The translations under genes were made by a program, and so were the position numbers. A DNA stretch of 64,000 bases from Prorocentrum cordatum. Its lineage: Eukaryota. The stretch is taken from contig CAUYUJ010000070.1 of the NCBI GenBank assembly GCA_963575745.1, positions 248,001 to 312,000 on the forward strand. Reading direction: 5' to 3'. The notes under the pieces were generated by a model, which had not been told where the DNA came from, ran no database searches, and saw only the letters and a list, made by a program, of their open reading frames with translations. This document shows positions 1-12,972 of the stretch, piece after piece. Within the stretch, counting starts at the first letter, position 1; the number at the start of each line of letters is the position of its first letter.

Positions 1-17
1 CGGACCGACCCCCCGTC

Positions 18-449
18 GAAAACGCCAGCACGGCCCTCCAGGGTCCTTGCAGCCTTGCCGCGCATCCTTGATGCGGGGCAGAACTGGGCTCCATGGGGGG
101 GGGGGGTCATCCGCCCCCCATCGCACAGTCGTCGCCGATGGGGGCCCGATCGCCCACCCCTCCCAGGAGCGTGCCGTTTCGACATCCCGGGCCTATCGCC
201 GATCTACTGGCGGAGCATCGCCGGCTCCATGTCGAGATGTCCCCCCTGAGCTGGTCCCTCCCTATCGGTGCCCCGCAGATTCAGGCAGCCCAGGCAATCG
301 TCGAGCACGTGGCGGTTATCGAGCCCTACCCCTGCCTCCCATCGGTTCAGGAGAATCGATGATTGGTGGGGGGTACGTAAGGCTTGGATGTCCCACCTGA
401 GGGGGGATCAATGCAAACGGGGGTCGTCGTTGTCGTGGTCGTCGCCGTC
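18..449 (+). repeat. Dispersed repeat; second copy at ~46180-46808
   Basis: 222-449 is near-identical to ~46580-46808 (GCTCCATGTCGAGATGTCCCCCCTGAGCTGG...GGGGTCGTCGTTGTCGTGGTC). 18-70 matches ~46180-46230. Partial copies lie at ~47005-47180 and ~47350-47400. Confidence 0.85.
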
Positions 450-553
450 GTCATCATGGTCGTCGCCGTCGTCATCATGGTCGTCGCTGTCGTCGTCGCG
501 GTCGTCGTCATCGTCGTCGTCGTCGCCGTCGCCGTCGTCGTCGTCGTGGTCCT

Positions 554-606
<53 letters not shown>

Positions 607-681
607 TAGTCCCGAGCCTCGATCCTCTGGGCCGCCACGAGGCCCTCGCCAGCCGGCGCAGAAGCCCGCGGAGGCGGTCGT

Positions 682-848
682 GAGCCTTGAGACGGGGGTC
701 GATGCAAGCGGGGGTCAGCCAGGGCGCCCGACCTTGCAGGATCCTACGAAGGGGCCTGGACTGAACTGACCCAGGCCAGCGCGCAGGATCCTGCAGGATC
801 TCCTGCGCGGCTCGACTGGCCCGGGCTTGCATCGACCCGGGCCAGCAG
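682..848. repeat. Inverted-repeat element with CAGGATCCTG cores; relative at ~37485-37625
   Basis: GGGTCGATGCAAGC...GCTTGCATCGACCC inverted pair. The start GAGCCTTGAGACGGGGGTC is shared with the 37.5-kb copy. Confidence 0.6.
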
Positions 849-1196
849 ATCCCCGACATCGAGGCGCTTATTTGTCTTTTTTGAGTTCGGCCCTCGGGTG
901 CACACTTCTGGGCCCTGGGACCATCAAGCACGGAGCCGGGACGCAAAGCTACTCTCCCGGGCGCAAGGATCCATACATCTTTTCCGGGGCGGCGGAGGAG
1001 GAGGAGGAGGAGGAGGAGGAGGAGGAGGAGGAGGAGGAGGAGGAGGTGTAGGAGGATGTCTGGGATCGATCCCGATCGCCCGTTCCTCGCCGGTCGGGGT
1101 CTGGCTGCCCCGTCCTGCCCAGGAGCGTGCGGTCGCGGTGTCGAAGGCCCGATTTCTACGGGGTCCGGGGAGGGCGGTGGGGAGGGAAGGGGAGGA

Positions 1197-1362
1197 TCGG
1201 GGGCGGCAAAGAGGGGGGTGATGACTAGGGGGGGGCGGATATCATGGCGGGGGCCATTATATTTCCGCATATTTCATGGCGCCTCTTCTTATTTCATTAC
1301 GTCCCTGGCCCCGCCCCTGGGACACGCACATGCCGCCGGCCATGATTGGCGCCCCCCCCCAT
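1197..1362 (+). mobile_element. MITE family C, partial copy (others ~6518-6663, 30243-30435, ~58465-58638)
   Basis: Shared core ATCATGGCGGGGGCCAT...CATGGCGCCTCTTCTTATTTCATTACGTCCCTGG...GCACATGCCGCCGGCCATGATT. Confidence 0.75.
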
Positions 1363-1914
1363 GTCTAGGTCCGGGCCCGATTTCTAGGGGTCCGGGCAGG
1401 GCGGTGGGGAGGGGAGGAGACGAGGGGGAGCGGTCGGTCGGAAGTGGCATCAGCATCAACATACTCGGGAGGTTGGAGGCGTGGAAGGTAAGCAGCGGCA
1501 GGGATGAGGAGGAGGGGCAGAGGAGGAGGAGGAGGAGGAGGAGGAGGAGGAGGAGGAGGACCAGTGTAAACCCAAGAGTCATCAACGATGTTGGAATTAA
1601 CCCTCCCTCGAAGCTCTCTCTTCATGGGCCCCATACAACGGTGCATCTCCATCGAGGGAACTGCCTCGTTGGAAGACAACCGTTTGAAGATCCTGAAGAA
1701 TGCCAAAGGATTGTTCTCGGGATTTCAACGCCACGGATCAACCTGACTGCTACGTCTTGACGATCTGGAAGCGACCAGAACGCCATTGTTGGGACTTCAA
1801 CACCGCGAATCAACAAAATTGTGGCACCCGCAGAATCCTAAATCATTCCAAAACACCATGTCTCATACGTGGATCACGGGAACCAGAAACAACTCTTCGT
1901 TACTTGTTTGAAAA

Positions 1915-2475
1915 ACGCGCGCGGCGCTAAGGCGAGAGCCACGTTTTGAAAAGGAACCGCCCTCAATCCGCTAAGCCCTTGCAATTTTAAAGAACGAATT
2001 CGCGCGGCGCTAAGGCGAAAACCACATTTTGAAAAGGAACCGCCTTCAATCCTTCAACCTCTTGCATTTGTTTAAACGAATGTGCGCGGCGCTTAGGCGA
2101 GAGCCACATGTTGAAAACGACCCGCCCTCGATCCGTGAACCGCTTGTAAAGTCTAAGAACGAATGTGCGCGGCGATAAGGCGAGAGCTACATTTTGAAAA
2201 CTACGCGTTCTCAATCCGAAAAGCTCTCGCAAAGTTGAAAGAACGAATGCGTGCGGCGCTAAGGCGAGAGCCACATTTTGAAAACCACCCGCCATCCATC
2301 TGTGAAGCGTTTGCCAATTGTTCAGCGAATGTGCGCGGCGCTGAGGCGAGAGCCACATTTTGAAAACCAGCCGCCATCCATGCTTGCCGATGTTTACAGC
2401 GGGTGTGCGCGGCGCTAAGACCAGAGACACATTTCGAAAACCACCCGCCCTCCATCTGTGAAACGGTTGTCACTT
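1915..2475 (+). repeat. Minisatellite, ~82-84-bp unit, ~7 diverged copies
   Basis: Core GAATGTGCGCGGCGCTAAGGCGAGAGCCACATTTTGAAAA recurs at ~1915, 1996, 2078, 2161, 2245, 2327 and 2403. A related unit plus a similar downstream tail occurs at ~54610-54820. Confidence 0.85.
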
Positions 2476-3344
2476 TTTGAGTTTCAGATTCATAAGCGGT
2501 GAGGGAGTCTCAGGCGAAACGCCCGGCCCGCCCTAACAACTGGCCCCGGGGTGCGACACGGAGAAGTTATTCATAAGGACAAGGAATGGAGGAGGAGAAG
2601 GAGGAGGAGGAAGAGGAGGCGGAGGAGGAGGTGGGGTGCCTCATGGTGGCACCAGACGACACACAGTGCTATGACCCAAACGCAGGTTGCCAGTATACAG
2701 AACCGAGGCATGCGTACACTTTTTACCTGAAAGGGGCGTCCTGACTGGAACATTTGGAGAAGAGAGTATTTGCGACCGAAGATCCAGAGTCATGGAAAGA
2801 AACGGAACCTACTGTGAAGAGGATGGGGCGGACATATGCGGATGAGAGGGAGCAGGGGAGAGAGGAGGGAGAGGGAAGAGAAGGGGGATGAGGAGGGAGG
2901 TGGATGGTAGACGAGGAAGGAGAGGGATGATTGGAAGGGGAGGGAGAGGAATAGGCGGATTGGAATTGGAGTCTCAAGAGGAGCGCGTAATGTCAGCTTG
3001 TCATGGTGAAATGTTAATGAGGCCATTGAGGGTGAATCCCGTGACGGACCTTTGAATGATTACATTATCGGCCTTACCTTTATTGCATGAATGTTTGGCA
3101 ACCAGCTTTCTTTGGCTCGAGTTATGTTGCCCCGCCCTTTGCATGTGTGGTTGCACGAGACAGTTTGCAGAGCTGGATGGTATGGCTACTCCTATTCCTG
3201 CCTTCCGAATGGGGCCACCGTGCTGCCACAAGGAAAGCTGATCGCCGACCGTCCCGCTCGAGACTCTGGGCGCCGCCCGACGCCCCCACACCGGTGTCTT
3301 CAAAGCTCGTCCATGGAGGCTTTCGCGGCGGAGGTCTTGACTCC

Positions 3345-3705
3345 GCCTCCTTTCCCTCCTCCTCCTCCTCCTCCCTCCTCCTCCCTTCCTCCCCCTCTCC
3401 TCCTCCTCCCCTCCTCCTCCTCCTCCTCCTCCTCCTCCTCCTCTCCTCCTCCTCCTCCTCCCCCTCCTCCTCCTCCATCCTCCTCCTCCTCCTCCCTCTC
3501 CTCCTTCTCCCCCTCCTCCCTCCTCCTCCTCCTCCTCCTCCTCCTCCTCCTCCTCTCCTCCTCCCTCCTCCTCCTCCTCCTCTCCTTCCTCCTCCTCCTC
3601 CCTTTCCTCCTCCTCCCCTGCCTCCTCCTCCTCCTCCTCCTCCTCCTCCTCTTTCTCTTCCTCCTCCTCTCCTCCTCCCCCTCTCCCCTTCCCCTCCTCC
3701 TCCTC
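3345..3705 (+). repeat. Imperfect (CCT)n microsatellite
   Basis: Read directly from the sequence. Confidence 0.95.
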
Positions 3706-4535
3706 TGGCACCCGTGCCACTGGGTGCCCTCGGGCGTCCCAGAAAAACAGGCGGGTTGCAGCCCGATCGTCACCCCTGTTTGCCCGTAGTGGGCCAGGGG
3801 GAGAGAACATTGCCCCTCGTCGCCATGTTTTCCCACCCCTTGCGGTGGCCCGGCACGTACACCGCGTGCGCCTGGGCGGGTGGGGGGTCCCCTCGGGGGA
3901 GCTCATGGTGGATCCACACCCATTTTTCCCACGTTCAGGGTCCCCCGCCCTGGCGTGTGTGGGGGTGTGCGGTCGCCCGAGGGAGTGGGCCCTTCGGGTG
4001 GTTTATCGACACGCCAAGGGGCGTGCTGCGCGCGGCGCGCCAAAGTGCGTGTCGCCTGTTCTGCTCTTGGTGGTTTGGCCAGGAAGGAGTGAACACCTTA
4101 ATGATGGAGGGACTCATTTGCGGTATCACGATTTCTCGTGTTTCACAAGCTTCTTGGCGGGCTCCACGGGTGGGCTTCCCGTCCCTCGTAGACGCGCTGC
4201 TCATCGTGTTCTGTTTTTTTTTTTTTTTTTTTTTCAAATCACTCTTGTGATGGCGGAAATCCTGGAAATCCCCTCCTCCTCTTCCTCCTCTTCCTGGCCG
4301 TCTCCTCTCCACTCCATCCTACTCTCCTCCATCCAACGGCGGGGCTGCTCTTGGCGACACCTCGTGTTCTGCCGCACGGCGTGGTGGCAGTCGCGCAGCG
4401 TAGGCTGTTGTGGCGTGCCCCAAAAATTGCGCGTGCAGGAGGAGGAATCAGAACATCGCGGCCGTCGTTGTCGTCGCCTACGCCGCCGCCGTGGCCGTCG
4501 TCGTCTTTTCATCGTCGTAGTCCCACCGGGTCCTC

Positions 4536-4649
4536 TGTAATCGCTCGGACGTGTGCATTTTTCTCGGCGAGCACCGTCGAGGAACATCTTGGATCACCAT
4601 GCGACAAATACGCGCGCGACGCAAAACAATCAACGTCCGAGCAATGGCA
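4536..4649 (+). mobile_element. Short TIR element family H (copies ~15788-15921, ~31654-31771)
   Basis: TIR ATCGCTCGGACGT...ACGTCCGAGC(G/A)ATGGC and a shared internal GAC/CAC-CRTCGAGGARCA segment. No clean TSD. Confidence 0.6.
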
Positions 4650-4863
4650 AAGTCGGCCAGGGGTCTTCCCCCGTTGCCCTGAAACTAAGCCTTTAGGGCC
4701 CGAGTACGGCATCCCCCCCCCCCATTTATCGCCGTCCATTTCTTCGCGCCGAAAATACTTCGGGGCAAGTACATATCGCTCCGGATTTTTCCCGTGTCCC
4801 CACGGTACGATATAACAGGCCCCCGAGGCCCACATACAATAGACAAGCCGCTGGCTGGAAAAA

Positions 4864-5019
4864 TCCGGTTGCGGAGGCCTTGCGGCCGGTGCCGAGAAGA
4901 GACGACGACGACGATGACGACGACGACGACGACAAGGACGACGACGACGACGATGGTGGAGAAACAAATATCTCGTCGGATATTGCGAAGGCCTTACGGC
5001 CGGTGCCGCCGACCCTGAA

Positions 5020-5086
<67 letters not shown>

Positions 5087-5638
5087 CGCTCTTGGGGGCC
5101 TCTTGGGGGTAGTTTGTGGGCCTCTTGGGAAGCTCTTAGGGGCCGCTTGGAAGCCTCGTGGGGGCCTCTTGGGGCTTCCTGGGGGTCTCTTGGAGGGGGC
5201 CTGGGACGTCTTGGAGGCTTCTTGGACGGTCTTGGGGCTATCTTGGGCGTTTTCGGCCGATCTTTGGGCGACTCGGGGCCCTCTTGGGCCGTCTCGGGGG
5301 CCATCTTGGGCATTCGGACCTCATTTGGAGTGTTTTCGAGGTTTCTAGGCCGCCCGAGGAAAAACGAATCTGCCCCCCCACCCCCCCCCCCCCCGGGACC
5401 CCCCCGGGACCCCCCCCCCCCCCCCCTGGGGAAGGGATCAAAGGGAAGGGGCTTCCCTTCGACTCGATTACGACACTGCTAGATTTTTCTCTCGCTCACG
5501 AGCTTGAGAAGGAAGCTGCAGGGAAAGGGGACGACGGAGGCGACGACCGACGGAGACGACGACTCGAACAGCCAAGCCCCTCGCACACGCCGACAGGGTC
5601 TCCGGTTGCGGAGGCCTTGCGGCCGGTGCCGAGAGGAG

Positions 5639-5699
<61 letters not shown>

Positions 5700-5731
5700 T
5701 GGTGGAGAAACAAATATCTCGTCGGATATTT
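4864..5731 (+). repeat. Repeated CGGTTGCGGAGGCCTTGCGGCCGGTGCCGAG-(GAC)n-GATGGTGGAGAAACAAATATCTCGTCGGATATT module plus a CTTGGGGGCC-rich block
   Basis: Module at ~4864-4984 and ~5601-5731. The CTTGGGG(G)CC degenerate repeat at 5090-5330 recurs at ~11625-11880, ~33455-33830 and ~63100-63440. Confidence 0.8.
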
Positions 5732-5732
5732 G

Positions 5733-5895
5733 TCAGGAGGGAAGGAAACACACAGACACAATTCATCGGCGATTCCCCAGAAAAGATGAGAAAAAATGGG
5801 GAGTGGGGGGGAGGACAGAAACACAGAAAATATGGGAGAATATATGGGGAATCCTTCTATTTGTGTATTTACTTGCGTGTCCCAGCTCCCCTTCA
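5733..5895 (+). mobile_element. MITE family A, copy 1 (163 bp)
   Basis: TCAGGAGG...CCCCTTCA with AAACACACAGACACAATT / ATTTGTGTATTTACTTGCGTGTCC inverted subterminal motifs. Flanks ATTTG/ATCTG (4/5). Confidence 0.85.
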
Positions 5896-7892
5896 ATCTG
5901 GGGCCTCGCCCTCGCCCGGGGCCCGACAGGCTGCCGCGCGGATGCCCAGGACGGCGCCGGAGCCCCCGTCGGCGCCGGGCCGCCCGGCGCCCTCGCAGGC
6001 GTGCCCGCGCTGCCTCCCGGGGGCCGCCGCCGCGGGCCGCCGTCGGCCAGGGCCTGCCGCGGGTGGGGGTCGGGGGCGGCCGAGAGTAAAACGACGCGAA
6101 GATCGGGACAGAATCGGATCGGGATAACTCCAAATCTCTGAGAATCGGCGGGTTTGGAGGATGTATTGGGCGCCGCGGCCGCTCCAGAGCGTTCCGGAAC
6201 GCTCTGAGAGCGCTCCGGAACGCTCTGGAGCGATTTATCCCGATCCTAGCCCTGTTTTAAAGAGGGGGGTGATGACTAGGGTTCCAGAGTTGGGTTTCTT
6301 GTTGACGGTTTCTTGTGGTCGGGCTCCTAGTGTATGCCTCCTCGGGTCAGAGAGAGAGAGAGAGCTGAGACGCCACGACCGGGGTGTGCCCAGGAGCAGC
6401 GACGCCGCACCAACCACGAGGGCAACCCCGCAGGTGCCTGCGTGGCTGCGGTGTGGATCAGGCCCGCCCCAGAGAGCCCCCTGATGGCCCAGGATGGCCC
6501 CAAGATTCGGGGGCGGCCATGGCGGGGGCCATGATATTTCCCCAGATCTCATGGCGCCTCTTCTTGTTTCATTACGTCCCTGGCCCCCGTTGTGCCGCGC
6601 ACGTGCCTCCGGCCATGATTTGCTCTCACCCCTCTTGGACGCCCCCCTCTTGGCCGCCCCCGACTGGAGGGCGCTGTTCGTTACCCAGGCGATCGCAGGC
6701 GTTACCGGGGCCAGAGGGGGTCGGGCGAGGGGTTCGGTAGTGTCACGTTTCGCGGCGGCGCCGTGTGGGAATGTTCGGGAAGAACCAGGAGGCAACCCAG
6801 AGGTCGTCGTGGATCGTGGCATGACCTGGGGGGGACGGCAGGGGCCCACAACTGCAAGCATCGCGAGACATGCAACAGCTTTTTCCTGAAGCATGTCCCT
6901 GCCCCTACGACTGGCTTCTCCTTATTCCTGTGATACTTTCTTGTGTTTGAAGGTTCCCAAAGTATTGTCATCGCCTTGAGTGTGTCAACGTTAGCGGTAG
7001 GGATGGGCTTGAAGCAGGTTGGGGACCGCCCTGCGGCAGGGAATTCGCAGAGCGGTCGGCCAGCTGGTCTGTCGCAGCAACGCCATGCAGCAGGGGCCCA
7101 GGGAGGATCCTTCTGCATCGCCGATGCATCGCCGATGCGGCTCGATGTGCACAGCACAGACCCCCTCGCGTTGCAACCGAGAAACATGACGGGTGGTTGT
7201 TGGCCGGTTTCGACCTCTGGGGGCCCTCGCAGGGCCCCAGGATTGTCAAAAGACGAGTCGGGATAAAAGTCGGTCCCGAGGAATGGGCCGTGACGTCGGG
7301 GGTCTGGGTGGGGCCTGATTTTCTCTATGCCGACGTCGCCGATGTATCGCCGACGTCGCCATTGCATCCGCGTGCGGCGCGACCTTCCGACACCATTTGC
7401 TCGGGCACCAGTTGGGGCACCTCCACGGGATCAGGGGGGTCACGCCCGAAGTCTCCGCAGGGTTCCATTCTGACTTTCTCTGGACGTTTGCGGATGAGGG
7501 TGAGACGAGAGCAGGGAGGAGGAAAGAGTGGGGAGGAGGCGGGGGAAGAGGAGGAGGAGGAGGAGGAGGAAGGAGGGAGGCAGGGAGAAAAGTGCAGAGG
7601 GACGGAGGAGCGAGGAGGGAAGAGCAGGAAGGGTGAAGAGGAGGCAGAGAAGGAGAGGGAACAGGCAGGCGAAGGAATGCGGAGGAAGGCCATGGAGGGA
7701 GGACGCAGGAAGCAGGAAACCCGGAAAGGAGGGGCGCTATGCCACCCCAGGGGTGGACCTAAAGGATGTGTTGGCGAGTTCGTGGGCCGTTTCTGCTTCG
7801 ATGTCGTTTTGCTGTAAGGGCGGATTGGAGACCGAACGAGGAAAAAACGACAACACGACGAAAACGACACATTTTGGTTAGGTCGAGCGCTA

Positions 7893-8068
7893 CAGTCGGG
7901 GCCCTGAAGAAGGAACCCTTTTCGTTGGGGAGGGGCTCCGCGTTCCTGAAGTGATTCACAGCTTGCCTCAGGTTTCCCTTGTGTTTTCGATCGGACATCG
8001 AAGTTTCACTTATGGAAACAAGGGGCCTCGTTCCTTATTTAGGGTTCCTTAGGTCAACGCCCCAACTT
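7893..8068 (+). mobile_element. Tc1/mariner-type MITE family D, uninterrupted copy
   Basis: TA|CAGTCGGGGCCCTGAAGAAGGAACCCT at left and AGGGTTCCTTAGGTCAACGCCCAACT at right. Homologous to the two halves at 35087-35147 and 37273-37355. Confidence 0.65.
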
Positions 8069-8922
8069 ATGCCACCCCACCCCGGTCGAGGCGCCTCGGC
8101 GGGCGCGCGCGCCGGCCGTGCGGAACCCGCAGACGCGCTGCCCGCGGACCTGCTGCCTGCGGAGAGCAGCCCAGCGCGGAGGCAGCCTCGGGGCAACAAA
8201 AAGGGAGGAGGGCCACCCTCTACCACGCTCCTCCTCCTCCTCCTCCGCCCTCCTCCGCCCTCCTCCTCCTCCTCCGCCCTCCTCCGCCCTCCTCCTCCTC
8301 CTCCTCCTCCTCCTCCTCCTCTCTCCTCCTCCCTCCTCCTCCTCCTCCTCCTCCTCTCCTCCTCCTTCTCCTCCTCCTCCTCCTCCTCCTCCTCCTCCTC
8401 CTCCACCACCCTTCTCTTCCTCCTCCGCCCTCCCCGTCGTCGTCGCCCTCCCCCCCACCGCCGCGCACGTCTTCGGCTGCGGCGTGGCGCCGCCGCTAGA
8501 GGGAGGGAAGAACCGAGCGGCCCCGGCGCGAGGTGGTGGGGCCCGCGCAGCCCGCCCCATGGCCTGGCTGGTGGGCGGGGCGTCTGGACTCGGACCACCA
8601 CCTCGGAGCTTGGCCGGAGGGCCTCTCCGAAGGGCTTAAGGCGACCCGTCCGCCTCGTCCTCCTCCTCCTCCTCCTCTTCCTCCTCCTCCTCCTCCTCCT
8701 CCTCCTCCTCCCTCCTCTTCCTCCTCCTCCTCTTTATCTCCCTCCTCTTTATCCTCCTCCATCTCCTCCTCCCCCTCCCCCTCCTCCACCTCGTCCTCAT
8801 CCTCCTCGGGTCGCCTACGGCCCCGGGGGGAAACCGTGCACCTGGCTGGTGGGCGGGGCTTCTGGACTCGGACCACCAGGTGGTGGCGCGATGGCTCGCG
8901 CCCTCGTCCTCCGCAATTCATT

Positions 8923-9160
8923 TCAAGCAGTGGCGAAGCGTCCTGTTTGGCCGATCGGCCCACCAAATACTGTTCTAAGAACCTTTTTGTGGTTTGCACA
9001 ACATGTTCTTCGAACGTTTCTTGCTGGGGCTGTCGTGGTTCAACACATCGGGCTCATGCTCTAAGAACGTTGCTTTCGCTCTGAGAGCACTGCTGGGTTC
9101 TACGGACACGTCGTGGCAGGCCTAATCATAGGAATGAGAGGACGGCCGGTCCCTGCTCAA
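8923..9160 (+). mobile_element. Family E element (~235 bp, CTAAGAAC-rich); copies 32385-32619, 45626-45858, 48143-48381(-)
   Basis: All begin TCAAG(C/A)AGTGG and end GG(T/C)CGGTCC(C/T)TGCTCAA. Imperfect TIR TCAAGCAG/TTGAGCAG. Confidence 0.75.
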
Positions 9161-9349
9161 GATGGCTCGCGCCCTCGTCCTCCGCAACTCCATCCGACTC
9201 AGCGCAATGCGCATCACGGGGGAGGTCGTTGGTGCCGAAGTTCCCGGGCCGGGCCGGGGCGGAGTTGCTCGCCAAGCGGGGGGGGGGTCCCGCAGGGGGC
9301 AGCGGGCAGGTCCCCGGCGCGCGCGCGGCCTCTCCTCGGAGGCCGCAGA

Positions 9350-9550
9350 GGGGGGGTCGAGGAATGTGCGCCATGCGTGGGGGGTCGAGGATTTGGTTGG
9401 GGGGGGGTCGAGGATTTTTTTTTGGGGGGGTCGAGGAATTTGTTTGGGGGGGTCGAGGAATTTTTGTATGGGGGGGGTCGAGGAATTTGTTGGTGGGGGT
9501 CGAGGCAATTGCAAGTGCGAGGCATTTCGTTGGGGGCCGAGGAATTGTTG
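9350..9550 (+). repeat. GGGGGGTCGAGGAATT-type minisatellite, ~7 copies of ~21-25 bp
   Basis: Read directly from the sequence. Confidence 0.85.
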
Positions 9551-10904
9551 CGCCTGACGTGTCCTGCCTCGAACGACGGGAGCGCGAGTGCGCCGAGAGG
9601 CGCGGTCGTCCACGAACGCCCGCGCGTCCTTGAGCAGCCCTGTGGCTCCTCCAGCACCCACTCCTCCTCAACTCGACCCACGAATCCCCAGACCAGCATG
9701 AGAAGAAAGGGGAGAGACACGCAGAGAACGGACGGATGAGGGGTGGATTTGGGGCGAAGAGGACGATCAAAAAGAAGGGGAAGGGACATTGCTAGTGCGG
9801 TATCCGCCAGCACGGGCAGGACGCAACTGCGATCACTGCCATCGTGCGCAGGCAGCTTCGTGGCAGCCCGGAAGGGAAGGGCCATCCTCCACCATTTTCC
9901 TCCAGTTCCTCCACGTCACCCCTCCTCCTCCCCCTTCATCGCCTTCTTGCTATTCTTCTTCCTCAGCGTTCTTATGTGCTCCGAGGCATCGGCTGCAAAT
10001 CGGTGGCCGTGGCGCAGGCGTCGTTCAACGACCCCAGTGGCCCTCTGGCGCCCGCGGTCGGCCGGCATCGTGACCGTCCTTGAGCCCTTTTTATTCTCGT
10101 CGTTGTTGCTGGTGCGTCGGGCTTGCATCATGGAGAAAACAAGTAATTTCGAATACGTTCGCTGGTAACGATGGCCGCGTTTGCGCTCTGGTTGCTTCCT
10201 TGCTCGTTCGCAAAAGGGGCCCCTTCCACTTCCTGGGAAGGCATTGTGGGAGGTTTGGGGCGGTCTCAGACGAAACGCATTCGGACCCTTCTGTGCGCCC
10301 ACCTTTGCCTGCCTTCGCTCTCCAGGATGAGAAGGGTGTGGGCGAGGAGGAAGAGGAGGAGGAGAAGGAGGTCTTCGGCAGTTTTGATGTTCGGGGACAT
10401 GTCCAGTAAGGTGTGCGAAGGTTGCCAAGGACGACGGGGAGGGGAAGATACTGGTCGAGGACGCCGAAGGAGAGAAGGATGAGCAACACCAAAGCAATCA
10501 ATGATGAACTAATGATGTTGCAATGTGCCTCTCCGCCCCGCAACTTCTCTTCACAAATCCCCACAGGCATTCCTAATCACAGCCGGAAGCGCTCATTGGA
10601 AAAAGGAGGACCCATCGGCTTACCGTTCAGGCAAGAGTTTGGTTTTGAGATGGATCCGCCATTTTATTGTGAAGGCTTCACGGCCAGTGCCAACGACCCT
10701 GGAACCTGGAAGAAAATCCCCATGATGAAGGTGGGAGCCGGAGGTGTTCGGGACGGTTGGGACCAGGCGCCCCGAAGAGTCCTCTTGAAGCCCCATTGAG
10801 ATGCCAAAGAAGCGTAGGACAGGGAGCACAGCTTGGCCAAGCTATCTGCCTATGTACTCTCGCAGCCGCTGGGGGGGGGGAAGAGGGGGGAATCAGCAGA
10901 GGGA

Positions 10905-11618
10905 GCGGAGGAGGAGGAGAAGGAGGAGGCGGAGGAGGAGGAGGAGGAGGAGGAGGAAGAGGAGGGGAGGATAGGAGGAGGAGGAGGAGGAGGAGGAGGA
11001 GGAGGAGGAGGAGGAGGAGGAGGAGGGAGGAGGGGAGGCAGGAGGTGGAGGAGAAGGAGGAGGAGGAGGAGGAGGAGGAGGAGAAGGAGGAGGAGGAGGA
11101 GAGGGAGGAGCAGGAGGAAAGGAGGAGTAGGAGGAGGAGGAGGAGGACGAGGACGAGGAGGACAACAACAAGGGAGAGGGGAGGAGGAGGAGGGCGGAGG
11201 AGGAGGGAGGAGGAGAACGAGGAGTGGAGAAAGGCGAGAAGGAGGGACAACAACAGGAGGAGGGGAGGAGGAGGAGGAGGAGGAGGGGAGGGGAGGAGGA
11301 GGAGGAGGAGGAGGAGGAGGAGGAGGAGGAGGAGAGTAGGAGGAGGGGAAGGCAGGAGGAGGAGGAGGAGGGGAGGGGAGGAGGAGGAGGAGGAGGAGGA
11401 GGAGGAGGAGGAGGAGGAGGAGGAGGAGGAGGAGAGGAGGAGGAGGAGGAGGAGGTGGAGGAGAAGGAGGAGGAGGAGGAGGAGCACGAGGTGGACAACA
11501 ACCAGGAGGAGCAGGAGGAGGAGGAGGAGGAGGAGGAGGAGGAGGAGGAGGAGGAGGAGGAGGAGGAGAGGCGGGTGGAAGAGGAGGAGCAGGAGCAGGA
11601 GGAGCAGGAGGAGGAGGA
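10905..11618 (+). repeat. ~700-bp imperfect (GAG)n tract
   Basis: Read directly. Similar tracts at 994-1047, 8228-8808 (CCT), 19660-19765, 55240-55588 (CCT), 59828-59980 and 62412-62556. Confidence 0.95.
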
Positions 11619-12972
11619 AAAGACGTCTTGGAAGCCTTTTCTGGGCTCTGGGAGCCTCCTCAGGCTTCCTGGCCGGCTCCTGCTGCCATCCGGGACCGTC
11701 TTGGAGGCATCGTGGGGCCATCCTAGGCCAGACGGGCTTTGAGGGCATTTTTGATCGTCTTGTCGGCACTTAAACGCCATCCTGACCAGCTCGGAGGCGA
11801 GCCTGGTCGTCTCTTGGTGAATTCTGTGGGGGCCCTCTGGGGGCTCTCGAGAAGCGTTGGGCGATATCAGACCCCTCTTGGATACGGCTAGAGCTGCATT
11901 CTGGAAACCTCAGGGCCTCCATCCGTCGTATCAATCAGGAAGTCTCAGGCGGAACAGCTGGCCCAGACTAGTGCCACGTCGGGTGGTGCAACGAGGGGGA
12001 GTTCTGTACGAGGAAGCGGGATGGCGGTGGTGGTGCTCTCGTTTTGTTGGCCCGCCAGTGAGGCGCCGTCAGCCGCGCCGACTCCTTGGACGACGGAGAG
12101 TTGGACGAAGGCATGTGCTCTTCATTCTTTGCTGTAGTTCATCCTTCTCCTGCTGCCCCTCCCCCCCTAGACGAAGGCGGGGGTCCTCCGACGCTGTGTC
12201 CCTCCAAGCGGAGAGGGTCGGTGTTCCATTGTTTACGGAAGGGTTTTTCATTTTTGGTCTGATTCTTCTCTGTTCTTCTCCGGTGGGCGTCGAGGTGAGG
12301 AACGGGGGCGAAGGAGGATTCCGACGGAGACTTGGACACGGCGCGCCAATGCTTATTGTGTGTCATCATCGTCCCGCCGTTCTGGCTGTTCTCCTCTCCT
12401 CGCCATCCTCCCAGGACGACCTCAGACTTGGACGAGGCCTGGCCAATCATGATTATCCAAATGCCTTGCCTGAAGGGGTCCTAGTTCCATCCCTAGTGAA
12501 ACGGTCCACTGATATCCTCCCAAGTGTGCTGCACATTCGTCCAACTATGAGCATGGCTTCCCGTGCTTTCCGCTATGCGCATGTAATCCCCTAGTTTGCC
12601 CGTGCAGTCGTCCAAATATGCGCGTGGCTGTTTTCTGCTATCCGCTATGTGCACGGCGCTTTCCGCATGGCTTCGCCCAAAACCATACGCAGGGTTTCCT
12701 CTGCTATCCGCATGGCTTCGTCTGCACGTGCAGAGTTGACGGGAGTAACCTAAATCAGAGCATATTGGGAGTAGAGTAGAGTGAGCAGGCTCAGAGGAAC
12801 ATAATATAATAGAGTAGTGGATAGAGGTAGGAGTCAAGAGTCTTCCTCCCCGCCCGCAAGCCGTCTCGCTCACTCCCACCCGCCCTCCCAACACATACGT
12901 AGCACCCGAGCCTGGCCCGAGCCGCAGCATGTGCAGCAGCCGTCTTTGAATGGGCAGCTACGGGGGGTGCAT

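Noticed and set aside
1915..2475. CRISPR-like look (conserved core with variable interval)
   Set aside because: The intervals are homologous to each other, the cores are degenerate, there are no cas genes and the context is eukaryotic.
3100..3121. Relict dinoflagellate spliced leader (…TTTGGCTCGAG)
   Set aside because: Only ~10 nt match and no recognisable gene follows. I saw no full SL copy in the window.
3091..3260. GYSYSCLPNGAT resembling an LTR/DIRS RT motif
   Set aside because: No downstream YxDD or other RT motifs. A single weak match.
10678..11780. Poly-E/R/G/L/P/S ORFs here and at other GAG, CCT, GAT, CAT, CAC and GCC tracts
   Set aside because: Trinucleotide tracts stay open in several frames. 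No domain content.
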